Virus record (IMG/VR): IMGVR_UViG_3300012933_000034
Span: 1-39,688 of that record
Source of the DNA: a virus
DNA: 39,688 nt
Direction: 5' to 3' (one strand)
Below, piece by piece: positions 28,190 to 37,376 of this stretch (the first letter of the stretch is position 1; each line of letters starts with the position of its first letter). The notes beneath the pieces are model-generated. The model searched no databases and had not been told where the DNA came from. It worked only from the letters and a program-made list of their open reading frames with translations. The position numbers and the translations under genes were made by a program.

Positions 28190-30431
28190 ACCGCAACAAA
28201 ATATAACCAACATACCATCTAACCGTGTGGAGTTTATTGACTCCCGCACAGGCTTAGTCTCGCGTGAGTGGTATCGGTTTTTTCTAAACTTGTTTAATTT
28301 AGCTGGTGCTGGTGGAAACCAGACTTCGCTAGATGACCTTCAAGTTGGACCACCGCCTCAGCCTGATTCTGGTAGCGGTGGCGGCGGTGGCACAGGAACG
28401 GTTACTTCTGTAGACATGACTGTGCCTACAGGATTAGCCGTATCTGGAAATCCTATCACGACCGCAGGCACATTGGCGGTTACTTATGCGTCTGGTTATG
28501 CAATCCCAACTACTGCAAAACAGACTGAATGGGACACTGCTTACACAGACCGACTCAAATGGGATGGCGGGGCTACTGATCTAGTTGCGGCTACTGGTCG
28601 CACATCATTGGGTGCTACGACAGTCGGCGGTAATTTCTTCACGCTAACCAACCCTAGCGCAATCACGTTTGTTCAGATTAATGCTGACAACACCATCACT
28701 ACGATGGACGCACCTACGTTCCGTACAGCCATTGGAGCTGGTACTGGCGGCGGTTCGGTCACATCGGTGGATACAGCGGGTACGGTCAATGGTTTGACTT
28801 TGACGGGCGGTCCAATCACAACCACAGGCACGATTACGCTTGGCGGTACGCTTGACTTGTCATCTCCACCTACGATTGGCAACACGACACCAAACACGGG
28901 TACGTTTACTACGCTGGTCGGCGGTGGAGGTTCGGCTAACTACGGTCAGCTCACAGGCGGAGCTACAACCAAGGCTGTTGAGTTTAAAACATTAGGCTCT
29001 GACACAAACGTAGCTTTAGCTATCCGCACCCAAGGCACAGGAGCCATTGACCTAGCAGCAGGCTCTAGAGGTGTGAACATTAGTAACGGTGGTACTGTTA
29101 CTGCTTTGACTGTTACTTCATCTGGAGTTAACTATACAAGTATCCCTTCTTGCACTATCACTGCTCCAACAACTGCTGGTGGTGTTCAGGCTACTGCATC
29201 GCCTGTGATGTTTTCTGGAGCATCTTCAACTGTTGCTTCGGGTGGAACTGGTTACACTGTTGGAGATACTTTAACCGTTGTTGGGGGCACTTACACAACA
29301 CAAGCAACTTTTACGGTAAGTGCTGTTTCTGGCGGTGTAGTCACATCAATTACACGAGTAGGCGGTGCTGGTTATTCAGTGTTGCCCTCAAGCCCTGCAT
29401 CAACAACTGGCGGTACAGGCACTGGCGCAACTATAAATATGCTTTGGACTGTTGGAACTCCAACCATCACCAACGCAGGTAGTGGCTACGTAGAACAACC
29501 AACAGTGACCTTCTCAGGTGGTGGTGGCTCTGGTGCTGCTGCTTATGCTACTGTGGGGTCTGGTACTGTTGTTAAGAGCATTGGCTCAACTTTAGATTTT
29601 TATACTCCAAACGCAGCGATTGGTTTTCGTGTTGAAGATTCAGGGAGTACAGGTACAGCATACTGGAGAGCCAGAGCTGGTGGAGGGTCGGCACAACTTT
29701 TAGCAACTGCCGCCGCTGCAATTAGTTCAACAGGAACAGGTAACGTATCTTTCTATACAAACGGTATTTCACAAGAACAACTCCGTGTATCCCACACAGC
29801 CTCTGCTGTGAACTACGTACAGGTTACTGGTGCGGCTACTACTGGTTTACCTCAAATTTCAGCGCAAGGTAGCGATACAAACCCAGGATTGCTATACATT
29901 ACCAAAGGTATTGGTGAGCATCGTTTTGCTTCAAATGCAAGCGGCGGGAATATTCAATTCCGAGTTAGACACACAGCTTCTGCCGTTAACTATGGAACAG
30001 TTACTGGAGCTGCTGCTGGTGCTTCACCAGAATTTGCAGTGCTAGGCTCAGACACAAACATAGACCTAACCCTGACACCAAAGGGAACAGGTGTCGTGCG
30101 TACATCGGGTACAGGCATTCGTCTGTACGGTAGCAGTTCAGGATATGTAGGCTTGCAAGCCGCCGCCGCTGCTGGCTCTACGACTTACACGCTACCCGCT
30201 GCTGACGGTACGACAGGACAAATGTTGTCAACCAACGGCTCTGGCACACTGTCATGGGCTACGGGCGGCGGTAGCAACATCACTGCTCAAGGGTTGTGGG
30301 AGAATGCGCTCACAATCTCATCAAATTACAGCGTTACGTCAGGTAACAGCGCCATGTCTGCTGGTCCGATAACCATTGCATCTGGCGTTTCAGTTACTGT
30401 ACCATCTGGCTCACGCTGGGTAATTGTCTAA
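28182..30431 (+). CDS. Long tail fibre (749 aa) in the tail-needle position
   Basis: The N-terminus has REWYRFFLNLFNL. There are internal repeat modules (VTSVD..., RV.HTASAVNY..VTGAA...GSDTN, GSGY..P.VTFSGGGGSGAAAYATVG). The C-terminus (GPITIASGVSVTVPSGSRWVIV) is shared with the 250-aa fibre. Confidence 0.75.
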   Translation: MPEPQQNITNIPSNRVEFIDSRTGLVSREWYRFFLNLFNLAGAGGNQTSLDDLQVGPPPQPDSGSGGGGGTGTVTSVDMTVPTGLAVSGNPITTAGTLAVTYASGYAIPTTAKQTEWDTAYTDRLKWDGGATDLVAATGRTSLGATTVGGNFFTLTNPSAITFVQINADNTITTMDAPTFRTAIGAGTGGGSVTSVDTAGTVNGLTLTGGPITTTGTITLGGTLDLSSPPTIGNTTPNTGTFTTLVGGGGSANYGQLTGGATTKAVEFKTLGSDTNVALAIRTQGTGAIDLAAGSRGVNISNGGTVTALTVTSSGVNYTSIPSCTITAPTTAGGVQATASPVMFSGASSTVASGGTGYTVGDTLTVVGGTYTTQATFTVSAVSGGVVTSITRVGGAGYSVLPSSPASTTGGTGTGATINMLWTVGTPTITNAGSGYVEQPTVTFSGGGGSGAAAYATVGSGTVVKSIGSTLDFYTPNAAIGFRVEDSGSTGTAYWRARAGGGSAQLLATAAAAISSTGTGNVSFYTNGISQEQLRVSHTASAVNYVQVTGAATTGLPQISAQGSDTNPGLLYITKGIGEHRFASNASGGNIQFRVRHTASAVNYGTVTGAAAGASPEFAVLGSDTNIDLTLTPKGTGVVRTSGTGIRLYGSSSGYVGLQAAAAAGSTTYTLPAADGTTGQMLSTNGSGTLSWATGGGSNITAQGLWENALTISSNYSVTSGNSAMSAGPITIASGVSVTVPSGSRWVIV

Positions 30432-30982
30432 TGGAACAAGCATACGTTTATATGTGGAAAGAGATTGCTACTGAGAAGTGGTATATCGGTTCACGTACAC
30501 GCAAAAACTGTCATCCTGATGACGGGTATATCTGTTCTAGTAAAACGGTCAAGCCCTTGATTCAGGCAAATCCTGACGGCTGGAAACGTAAGATTCTTTT
30601 TGTTGGTGATCCGTTTAAGGCTATTGAAATAGAATCGTTTGTGCTGACAGAAATGAGAGCTAAACAATCTGAGATGAGTTACAACTTGCACAACCAAGAC
30701 ATGAACTTTCATGGGATTCGCAAGGCAATGACTCCAGAGGTAAGAAAACGTCTTAGTGATTCTCTTAAAGGAAAACCAAGCCATCGCAGAGGAAAAGAAT
30801 TTCCTTTTGTTGCTGAGTCAAATAAAAGACGTACAGGGATTAAAAGGCCTACGCATAGCGAGTGGATGACTGGTAGAACTTGGAAGTGTCTTGAAAGAAG
30901 TTGTCCGCATTGCGGCACAATTGGTCGTGGTGGCAATATGTTGCGTTATCACTTTGAAAACTGTAAACAGAGAGGTATTTAA
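30431..30982 (+). CDS. GIY-YIG (Seg-like) homing endonuclease (183 aa)
   Basis: YVYMWKEIATEKWYIGS is a GIY-YIG core. Basic NUMOD-like repeats (RKRLSDSLKGKP, NKRRTGIKRP). C-terminal CPHCG zinc knuckle. TAATG overlap with the fibre stop. Confidence 0.75.
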   Translation: MEQAYVYMWKEIATEKWYIGSRTRKNCHPDDGYICSSKTVKPLIQANPDGWKRKILFVGDPFKAIEIESFVLTEMRAKQSEMSYNLHNQDMNFHGIRKAMTPEVRKRLSDSLKGKPSHRRGKEFPFVAESNKRRTGIKRPTHSEWMTGRTWKCLERSCPHCGTIGRGGNMLRYHFENCKQRGI

Positions 30983-30983
30983 C

Positions 30984-31253
30984 ATGGCGCTCATTAAAGC
31001 AATTCCAAGTGATTTTGGCGTAGATTGTCTATACTGGAACATTGGCGCAGTCCAAGAAGACTTTAAAGGTCAAGGTACTGAGATCACGTTCTATGGCTAC
31101 GCTTCTAAGGAAGCCCGTGATGCTGGCAAGCAACCTTTGAGCGCTGGCAAGATGCAGATCGCTGGTGACGAGTATGTGGCTGGTGCTGACCGCGCTGCTT
31201 TGTACGCCATCATCAAGCAGAAGCCTGAATTTGAAGGAGCAGAAGACGCATGA
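30984..31253 (+). CDS. Hypothetical 89-aa protein
   Basis: The ATG at 30984 lies 1 nt after the previous stop; the tracked 30891 start is an extension. The motif YWNIGAV...FYGYASKEARDAGKQPL recurs near phage fibre genes. Confidence 0.55.
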   Translation: MALIKAIPSDFGVDCLYWNIGAVQEDFKGQGTEITFYGYASKEARDAGKQPLSAGKMQIAGDEYVAGADRAALYAIIKQKPEFEGAEDA

Positions 31254-31591
31254 CCGTTACGGCAAAAAACCTAGTGCCTGCCAAGTTCGTTGAGGATACT
31301 CAAACGACTCAGTACATTGTTGCAAGCAACATTGTGGCTACGATCATTGACAAGTTCACCGCTACAAACATTAGCGGGTCAAGCGCCACAATCAGCGTCA
31401 ACATCGTTACTGGCTCTGATACCGCAGGAAATCAAAACTTAATTACTAAAACTAAGAGTCTGGCGGCATCTGAGGTTTATACATTTCCTGAGATTGTTGG
31501 TCAAATCTTGCCTAACAGCGCGTTTATCTCAACGATTGCTAGTGCAGCAAGTGCCATAAATATGCGCGTAAGCGGAAGAGAAATCTCTTGA
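31250..31591 (+). CDS. Hypothetical 113-aa beta-rich protein
   Basis: ATGA-coupled at its start. Ser/Thr/Ile-rich. Confidence 0.55.
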   Translation: MTVTAKNLVPAKFVEDTQTTQYIVASNIVATIIDKFTATNISGSSATISVNIVTGSDTAGNQNLITKTKSLAASEVYTFPEIVGQILPNSAFISTIASAASAINMRVSGREIS

Positions 31592-32460
31592 CAGTCGTAA
31601 TCTTGACCTATTGCGAGCATCCTGCGTTAGCGTATGGAGCTTTGATGGTGTTCAAGACTTTGCGTGTTGGCTTCCCTACTGCTGATGTAATAGTCATTGA
31701 TAACGGCAGTCACCCAGATGTCGTGCCATTGATTGCACAAGCCGCCACAGATGCTGGTTGCTCGTTTACAGCCGCCTCTAGACAGCATTTCCTGAGTTTC
31801 TATCATTGGGTCTTGTTTGAACAAGAGGTGATGAATTCTGTAGTCTTACTTGACCCTGACGTTGTGTTTTGGGAAAACGTAGAAGATTGGAAGTTTGATG
31901 GCTTGATGGCTGGCAGACTAATTCCTGACCTTTACAACTATGGCGTGACTTCATTGTCTAGGTTGCATCCTAGCCATTTGTGGATTCCTGACGTTGCCAA
32001 GATGCGAGAATCTTTGGGGAACGTGAAAGCCAATGGATTTGACCCATTGCGTCAGTTTTCAGCGCCAGCCAATGGGAAGATGTACTTTTGGGACACAGGC
32101 GCAGGCTTATATCAAGCCTTGGCAGACAAATGTGAATCGTTTACAGAAGAGCAACTAGATTGCTATGACCATCTGTTTTATGGTTCTCATCTGCCTGTTA
32201 TCCAGCCAGCCTTAAATGACGAAGGCGTAACCTATACAGCCCATCAAGCCGCTGCTAGTGGTGATTTATCTTCTCTGAAAGGCATTTGGCGTGAGCAAGA
32301 TAAGCATTTCAAGTCACAACGACAAGACCCGTTAAATGGTGAAACTTTGTTGGCAAAAATGATTGAGACTTGCACTGTTCTTGGTCAAGCACAAGGTGTT
32401 GAAGATGGATATAGTGAAGCCGTAGATGGCTTGATTAGCAACATAAAGGCGCAACTATGA
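31588..32460 (+). CDS. Putative GT-A-fold glycosyltransferase-like protein (290 aa)
   Basis: TTG start overlapping the upstream TGA. TVVILTY...ADVIVIDNGS and VVLLDPDVVFWE (DxD) fit a GT2-like Rossmann N-domain. The assignment is tentative. Confidence 0.4.
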   Translation: MTVVILTYCEHPALAYGALMVFKTLRVGFPTADVIVIDNGSHPDVVPLIAQAATDAGCSFTAASRQHFLSFYHWVLFEQEVMNSVVLLDPDVVFWENVEDWKFDGLMAGRLIPDLYNYGVTSLSRLHPSHLWIPDVAKMRESLGNVKANGFDPLRQFSAPANGKMYFWDTGAGLYQALADKCESFTEEQLDCYDHLFYGSHLPVIQPALNDEGVTYTAHQAAASGDLSSLKGIWREQDKHFKSQRQDPLNGETLLAKMIETCTVLGQAQGVEDGYSEAVDGLISNIKAQL

Positions 32461-33335
32461 GCGATTTAGTTGTCCATGAAGAACTAGCGCCATTGGCTTT
32501 AAAAGAACTAATGTCTTTGTATAACCCAGAGCAAGCAATGTTGCAACTCCCACAAGCAGAATGCTCTGTAGTTCACCATTTTGGACCTGGCGTGTGCATC
32601 CGTGAGGTTTTCATGCCTGCTGGAACATTGGCTATTGGTCACAAGCAGAAGTTTGAGCATCTGAATGTCATGTTGCGTGGCAAGGTAATGATTGTCAATG
32701 ATGACGGTCAAATGCAAACTTTGACTGCCCCTATGATTTTTACAGGCAAAGCTGGAAGAAAGATAGGTTATGTCTTAGAAGACATGGTTTGGCAGAATAT
32801 CTATGCTACCGACCTAAAAGATGCTGATGCTGTGGAAGCCTTGTTTGTAGAGAAAAGCGAAGATTGGCATGATGACCAAGCGCACAAATTTGCGGTGGAA
32901 AGTGTGGCAAGAATTCCTGACAAACAAGATTATGAAGCGTTGCTTCAAGAATGCGGCATTTCCCATGAAGTTGCTAGACAGCAATCTGAGAACGAAGAAG
33001 ATCAGATTTGGATTGACAACACGGTCACCCGTGTGGCACAGTCACCAATAGAAGGCAAAGGTTTGTTTGCAACGTCTGATATAAAGGCACATCAAGTCAT
33101 TTGTGAAGCTAGAATAGGCGGTAAAAGAACCCAAAGTGGTCGTTTTACCAATCATTCTATGTTTCCAAACGCAAAAATGGTCATGTTGCCAAATGGAGAC
33201 ATTGATTTAGTTGCATTAACCGACATTGAAGGTTGCAAAGGTGGTGGCATGGGAACTGAAATCACAATTGATTATCGTCAGGCGCTTTCATTGTCTGGCA
33301 TTGAGTTTACAAAGGAATCGCTATGTCAGCAGTAG
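32457..33335 (+). CDS. Fusion protein: N-terminal cupin-like barrel plus C-terminal minimal SET-domain methyltransferase (292 aa)
   Basis: C-terminal ~105 aa: SPIEGKGLFATSDIKAHQVICEA (GxG), GRFTNHSMFPNAKM (NHSxxPN) and GTEITIDY (ELTxDY) occur in canonical SET order. N-terminal: VVHHFGPGVCIREVFMPAGTLAIGHKQKFEHLNVMLRGKVMIV. Confidence 0.65.
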   Translation: MSDLVVHEELAPLALKELMSLYNPEQAMLQLPQAECSVVHHFGPGVCIREVFMPAGTLAIGHKQKFEHLNVMLRGKVMIVNDDGQMQTLTAPMIFTGKAGRKIGYVLEDMVWQNIYATDLKDADAVEALFVEKSEDWHDDQAHKFAVESVARIPDKQDYEALLQECGISHEVARQQSENEEDQIWIDNTVTRVAQSPIEGKGLFATSDIKAHQVICEARIGGKRTQSGRFTNHSMFPNAKMVMLPNGDIDLVALTDIEGCKGGGMGTEITIDYRQALSLSGIEFTKESLCQQ

Positions 33336-34033
33336 CAACAGCAATCGCCGTAACTGGCTTAGTGTCGTCTAACGCCGCCAGTAAAGGCGCAGCTGCGCAA
33401 GCAGGCGCTACGCGAGAAGCCGCGCAACTACAAAACGACCAATATTATCAAACTCGTGAAGACCAGATGCCTTGGTTGCAAGCTGGTGGTCGTGCGCTTA
33501 ATAAACTAGAAGGCGCTGTTGATTACACGCCTTTTGGAATGAAAGAGTTTCAAGCCGACCCAGGCTACGCATTCCGTTTGTCTGAAGGGCAAAAAGCGCT
33601 TGATCGCTCTGCCGCTGCGCGTGGTGGTTTAATTTCTGGAAATGCTCTTAAAGCCGCTACTCGTTACGGACAAGATATGGGTTCGCAAGAGTACACCAAC
33701 GCATTTAACCGCTATCAACAAGAACGTGCGGCTAAGTTGCAGCCATTGCAATCTTTGGCTGGCGTTGGTCAAACAACAGCCGCCAACTTAGGCGCTGCTG
33801 GCGCAGCAAACGCAAACGCAGTAGGCAACTACATGACAAGCGGAGCAGCCGCACAAGCCGCTGGTTATATTGGTCAAGCTAATGCGTTAAATCAAGGTGT
33901 TAGCACATACTTAAACTATAACCAAGGCAACAATTTGGTGAATGCGTTGAACAGAAATAATCAACAGTACGCGCCTAGCTATGGTCAATACACGCCTGGC
34001 ACAGATTCATTTGTTGGCCCAATGCCTCAGTAA
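33323..34033 (+). CDS. Ejection protein, P22 gp7 position and size (236 aa)
   Basis: N-terminal hydrophobic segment. PGYAFRLSEGQKALDRSAAARGGLISGNALKA is a motif recurrent in podovirus internal proteins. Ala/Gln/Asn-rich. Confidence 0.65.
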   Translation: MSAVATAIAVTGLVSSNAASKGAAAQAGATREAAQLQNDQYYQTREDQMPWLQAGGRALNKLEGAVDYTPFGMKEFQADPGYAFRLSEGQKALDRSAAARGGLISGNALKAATRYGQDMGSQEYTNAFNRYQQERAAKLQPLQSLAGVGQTTAANLGAAGAANANAVGNYMTSGAAAQAAGYIGQANALNQGVSTYLNYNQGNNLVNALNRNNQQYAPSYGQYTPGTDSFVGPMPQ

Positions 34034-34042
34034 GGAAATATC

Positions 34043-35500
34043 ATGGCAGTAGACCCATCAATTGCTTTAAGTGGCAGAGGTATTGAAGTTCAAAGTCCTT
34101 TGAACCAATATGCTCAAGCCTCTCAGATTCAAGCATACCAACGTCAAAACGAGTTGGCTAATCGAGCCGTTGCACAAGAAGACGCTCTTAACAGGGCATA
34201 CGCATCATCAATTGGTCAAAATGGTGAAGTTGACCCAACATTGTTGCGTCAAAACATGGTTCAAGCCCAACTTGGTTCTAAGTTGCCTGCCGTTGAGACA
34301 ACTTTATTAAATGCACGCAAAGCTAAGGCTGAAGTTGGCAAAAGCGAATTGGAATTAGGCATTGCCCAAGCCGACCAATCCATTCGTCAAATTGCTGGCT
34401 ACAACACACGCGAAGATGCTTTGAGGCATATTCAATCTGATTTTGAAAACAAGAAAATTACGCAACAGCAAGCTCAACAGTTTGCAGGTATGTTGCCGCC
34501 TGATGATTCTGGAATGCCTCAATTTCAACTTCAGATGTTGCGTAAAGCATTGAGCGCCAAAGACCAATTAGAGCAAACCTTTACATCACAAGACACAGGT
34601 GGTGGTGGTCGAGTGATTTCAACTCCAAAGTACGCTGGCGGCGGTCCTGCTCAAGTAGTAAAAGGCTCTGAATTTAAAAAATCTGCAACTATTGCTGATC
34701 AATTAGCGCGTGAAAAGTTTACTTGGGAAAAAGCTAACCCTGGCTATGAACTCAAAGAAGCTGAGAACGGTGACATTGTTGGCGTAAACAAGCGCACATT
34801 GGAAGCCTTCCCTGTCAAGATGGGTGGCGCTGCTCCTGTTGCTGGCGGGCCAAGAATCCCTGCGGCTGCTGTTACTCCTGCGGCACAGACAATCCCTGGC
34901 ATGACTAGCGTGGTTGATCAACCTGCTTCTGCTGCAACGCCTGCCGCTGCTCCTGCTACATTGAAGGGCAAAGGTACTGCACTTACCGAATCTCAAGGCA
35001 ACGCTACTGGGTTTGGCATGAGAGCCTTTGAATCCAACAGGTTGTTAAACGATTTGGAAAGCAAAGGAACAGTAAGCGGTGGTCGCATCAAAGGTCTTGT
35101 AGAAGGCACACTAAACGCTTTAGTTCCATACCAAGGCGAAAAGTTGGCTGCTGGCGCTGGCAACGTAATGAATGTGTTGCCAGGCGTGTTGGGTGGTCCT
35201 AACGACCAACAACAACAATACCAACAAGCGAAGACCAACTTCATTACTGCTGTGTTGCGTAAGGAATCTGGCGCTTCTATTGCTCCATCTGAGTTTGAAA
35301 CAGAAGAGAAAAAGTATTTCCCACAACCTGGCGAATCTGAGAAAACTATTCTTCAGAAACAACGGGCGCGTGAAATGGCTGTTGAGGCTTTGAAGATCAT
35401 GGCAGGACCAGGCGCTAAGAACATTGGCGCTGGTGGTGGTATGGGTGGTAGTGCGCCATCTAGCAATGACCCACTTGGTTTGCTTAAACCCAAAGGTTAA
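34043..35500 (+). CDS. Ejection protein, P22 gp20 position and size (485 aa)
   Basis: Gln/Ala-rich with a Pro/Ala low-complexity centre. Order and length parallel P22 gp20 (471 aa). Confidence 0.6.
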   Translation: MAVDPSIALSGRGIEVQSPLNQYAQASQIQAYQRQNELANRAVAQEDALNRAYASSIGQNGEVDPTLLRQNMVQAQLGSKLPAVETTLLNARKAKAEVGKSELELGIAQADQSIRQIAGYNTREDALRHIQSDFENKKITQQQAQQFAGMLPPDDSGMPQFQLQMLRKALSAKDQLEQTFTSQDTGGGGRVISTPKYAGGGPAQVVKGSEFKKSATIADQLAREKFTWEKANPGYELKEAENGDIVGVNKRTLEAFPVKMGGAAPVAGGPRIPAAAVTPAAQTIPGMTSVVDQPASAATPAAAPATLKGKGTALTESQGNATGFGMRAFESNRLLNDLESKGTVSGGRIKGLVEGTLNALVPYQGEKLAAGAGNVMNVLPGVLGGPNDQQQQYQQAKTNFITAVLRKESGASIAPSEFETEEKKYFPQPGESEKTILQKQRAREMAVEALKIMAGPGAKNIGAGGGMGGSAPSSNDPLGLLKPKG

Positions 35501-35502
35501 AC

Positions 35503-37359
35503 ATGGCAACGCTTGTTGAGTTTCGCGCTCAGTATCCACAATACAACGAAGTGCCAGATTTGGCATTGGCTAACTCTTTGCATGAAAAGTTTTATGCAGA
35601 TATGCCAAAGGCTGATTTTTTCAAGTCAATCTCGCTAAGCCCTGCCGCTTTTATACCTGACAACGCAAACATGATTACTCTGCCAAAAACAGCGCCATCA
35701 ATGCAAGATCGGGTAATGGGTGTTGTTGAGGCTCCAGCCATCATTGCTGGTAATGTTGGTCGTGCGATTGCTGCGCCAGTTGCCCAAATGTTTGGTGAAG
35801 CTGTTGCAGGCTATGGCACTCCACAAGGCAAAGCCGCTGGTCAACAAGCCGCACAAACAGTTAGCCAACAGTTTTATCAGCCTCGCACAGAAACTGGACA
35901 AGAGATTGTTAAGGGCGTTGGCGATTTCTTAGGTGCTATTCCACCAACGCCATTGTCTAGCGCTGGTACTGCTTTAAGCACATTGGCTGGCCCTGCGGCT
36001 AACCAACTGCGCTCTGTCGTTGTTCCTGCTACCCGTCAAGCCATTGCGCCTGCCGCCAACGCTTTGGCTAAAGTGGTTCAACGTGAAGAAACCCCTGTAA
36101 TGCAAGGCATGGGCGCTGCTCAGACATCTGATCAATTGATGCGTGAAGAACGCCTACAACGTCTTGGCATTCCTGCTACGGCTGGTGAACGCAATAAGTC
36201 TTTGGCTCAACAACAGTTTGAATCTGATGTTGCGCGTGGCGCTGTGGCTGGTATTTCTGAAGAAGAAAAGACCAAACTTGCCGAAAGAATGCGTAACTTC
36301 AAGGCTAATCAAAAGCAAGCCATTACCAACAATTTTGAACGTATGACTCAAGAAGTTGGTGCTGAAGTTGCCGACCCTACTCAGGCTCGTCAAGTTGGTC
36401 GTGTTGTGGATAAAGCCTTGAATGATGCTTACACCAAGAAATACGACAACTACAAAGCACTTTACAAGCAAGCAGACGAATCAGGTGAGACATTGCAGCC
36501 TGTGTCTTATCAGCCGTTGTTAGATGTGATCAACAGCAAAACGCCAACAATGCGTCAGAAACTAGACCCAATTCTAGATTCTGTGGCTGAATCGTTGGCT
36601 ATGAACGACCCTGAAAAAACAGGGAACATTACTGTTCGTGCTTTGGAAGACATCTACCAACAGATTAACAAAGTCAAAGAATCTCCTAATGCAAGTGAAT
36701 TGAAAAAGATCATCACGAACATTGGTGAAGGCGCTGGTGGTGAACTTTATCAAGCCGCTCGTTCTGCTAGAGCGCAATTGGCTAAAGAGTTTGAAGATGT
36801 GTCTCGCGTTGACAAGTTGCTAGGCACTAAGGCTGGCTACAAAGACCGCCGAGTTGCTTTGGATGATGTGTTTAAACACGTTGTTTTGGATGGCTCGTTG
36901 GAAGAAATGAGAACCGTTACTCAATTGCTGAAAAAGGCTGGACCAGAAGGTCAAAAAGCCTATGCAGAATTGCAAGGTCAGACCATTCAGCACATGAAAG
37001 AATTGCTAACAAAAGGCGATCAGTTGTCTTTTAGAAATCTAAACACATTGGTCACCCAATTGGATTCTGAAGATAAATTGGCGTATATGTTTGGCAAAAC
37101 AGGTCGTGATCAAATCTTGGATTTGCGTGATGCAATCAAAGATGTGGTGGTCAAAGAGCCTGGCGCGGTGAACTATCCAAACACCGCTGGCGCTGTGCTT
37201 CGTGGCTTGGAAACCTTAGAATCTATGCGTATTCCAGGCGCTAGTGGTGCTGCTCAATTTGCTAGAACAAAACAAGTTAAAGGCAGAGTTGAGGAAGCAT
37301 TAAAGCAACCCAACAAATTGGCTCCTGCTTCATCATCCGTCAATTCTCTTGCCCCATAA
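35503..37359 (+). CDS. Ejection protein, P22 gp16 position and size (618 aa)
   Basis: Order and length parallel P22 gp16 (609 aa). Ala/Gln-rich N-terminal half. Full-length copy of the gene truncated at base 1. Confidence 0.6.
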   Translation: MATLVEFRAQYPQYNEVPDLALANSLHEKFYADMPKADFFKSISLSPAAFIPDNANMITLPKTAPSMQDRVMGVVEAPAIIAGNVGRAIAAPVAQMFGEAVAGYGTPQGKAAGQQAAQTVSQQFYQPRTETGQEIVKGVGDFLGAIPPTPLSSAGTALSTLAGPAANQLRSVVVPATRQAIAPAANALAKVVQREETPVMQGMGAAQTSDQLMREERLQRLGIPATAGERNKSLAQQQFESDVARGAVAGISEEEKTKLAERMRNFKANQKQAITNNFERMTQEVGAEVADPTQARQVGRVVDKALNDAYTKKYDNYKALYKQADESGETLQPVSYQPLLDVINSKTPTMRQKLDPILDSVAESLAMNDPEKTGNITVRALEDIYQQINKVKESPNASELKKIITNIGEGAGGELYQAARSARAQLAKEFEDVSRVDKLLGTKAGYKDRRVALDDVFKHVVLDGSLEEMRTVTQLLKKAGPEGQKAYAELQGQTIQHMKELLTKGDQLSFRNLNTLVTQLDSEDKLAYMFGKTGRDQILDLRDAIKDVVVKEPGAVNYPNTAGAVLRGLETLESMRIPGASGAAQFARTKQVKGRVEEALKQPNKLAPASSSVNSLAP

Positions 37360-37376
37360 TGTCTCAAGGATAAAAA

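Noticed and set aside
29150-29482. A 110-aa Cys/Trp-rich ORF inside the 749-aa fibre gene
   Set aside because: It is an off-frame product of the GGT/GCT/ACT-rich repeat region of the fibre gene, not independent coding.
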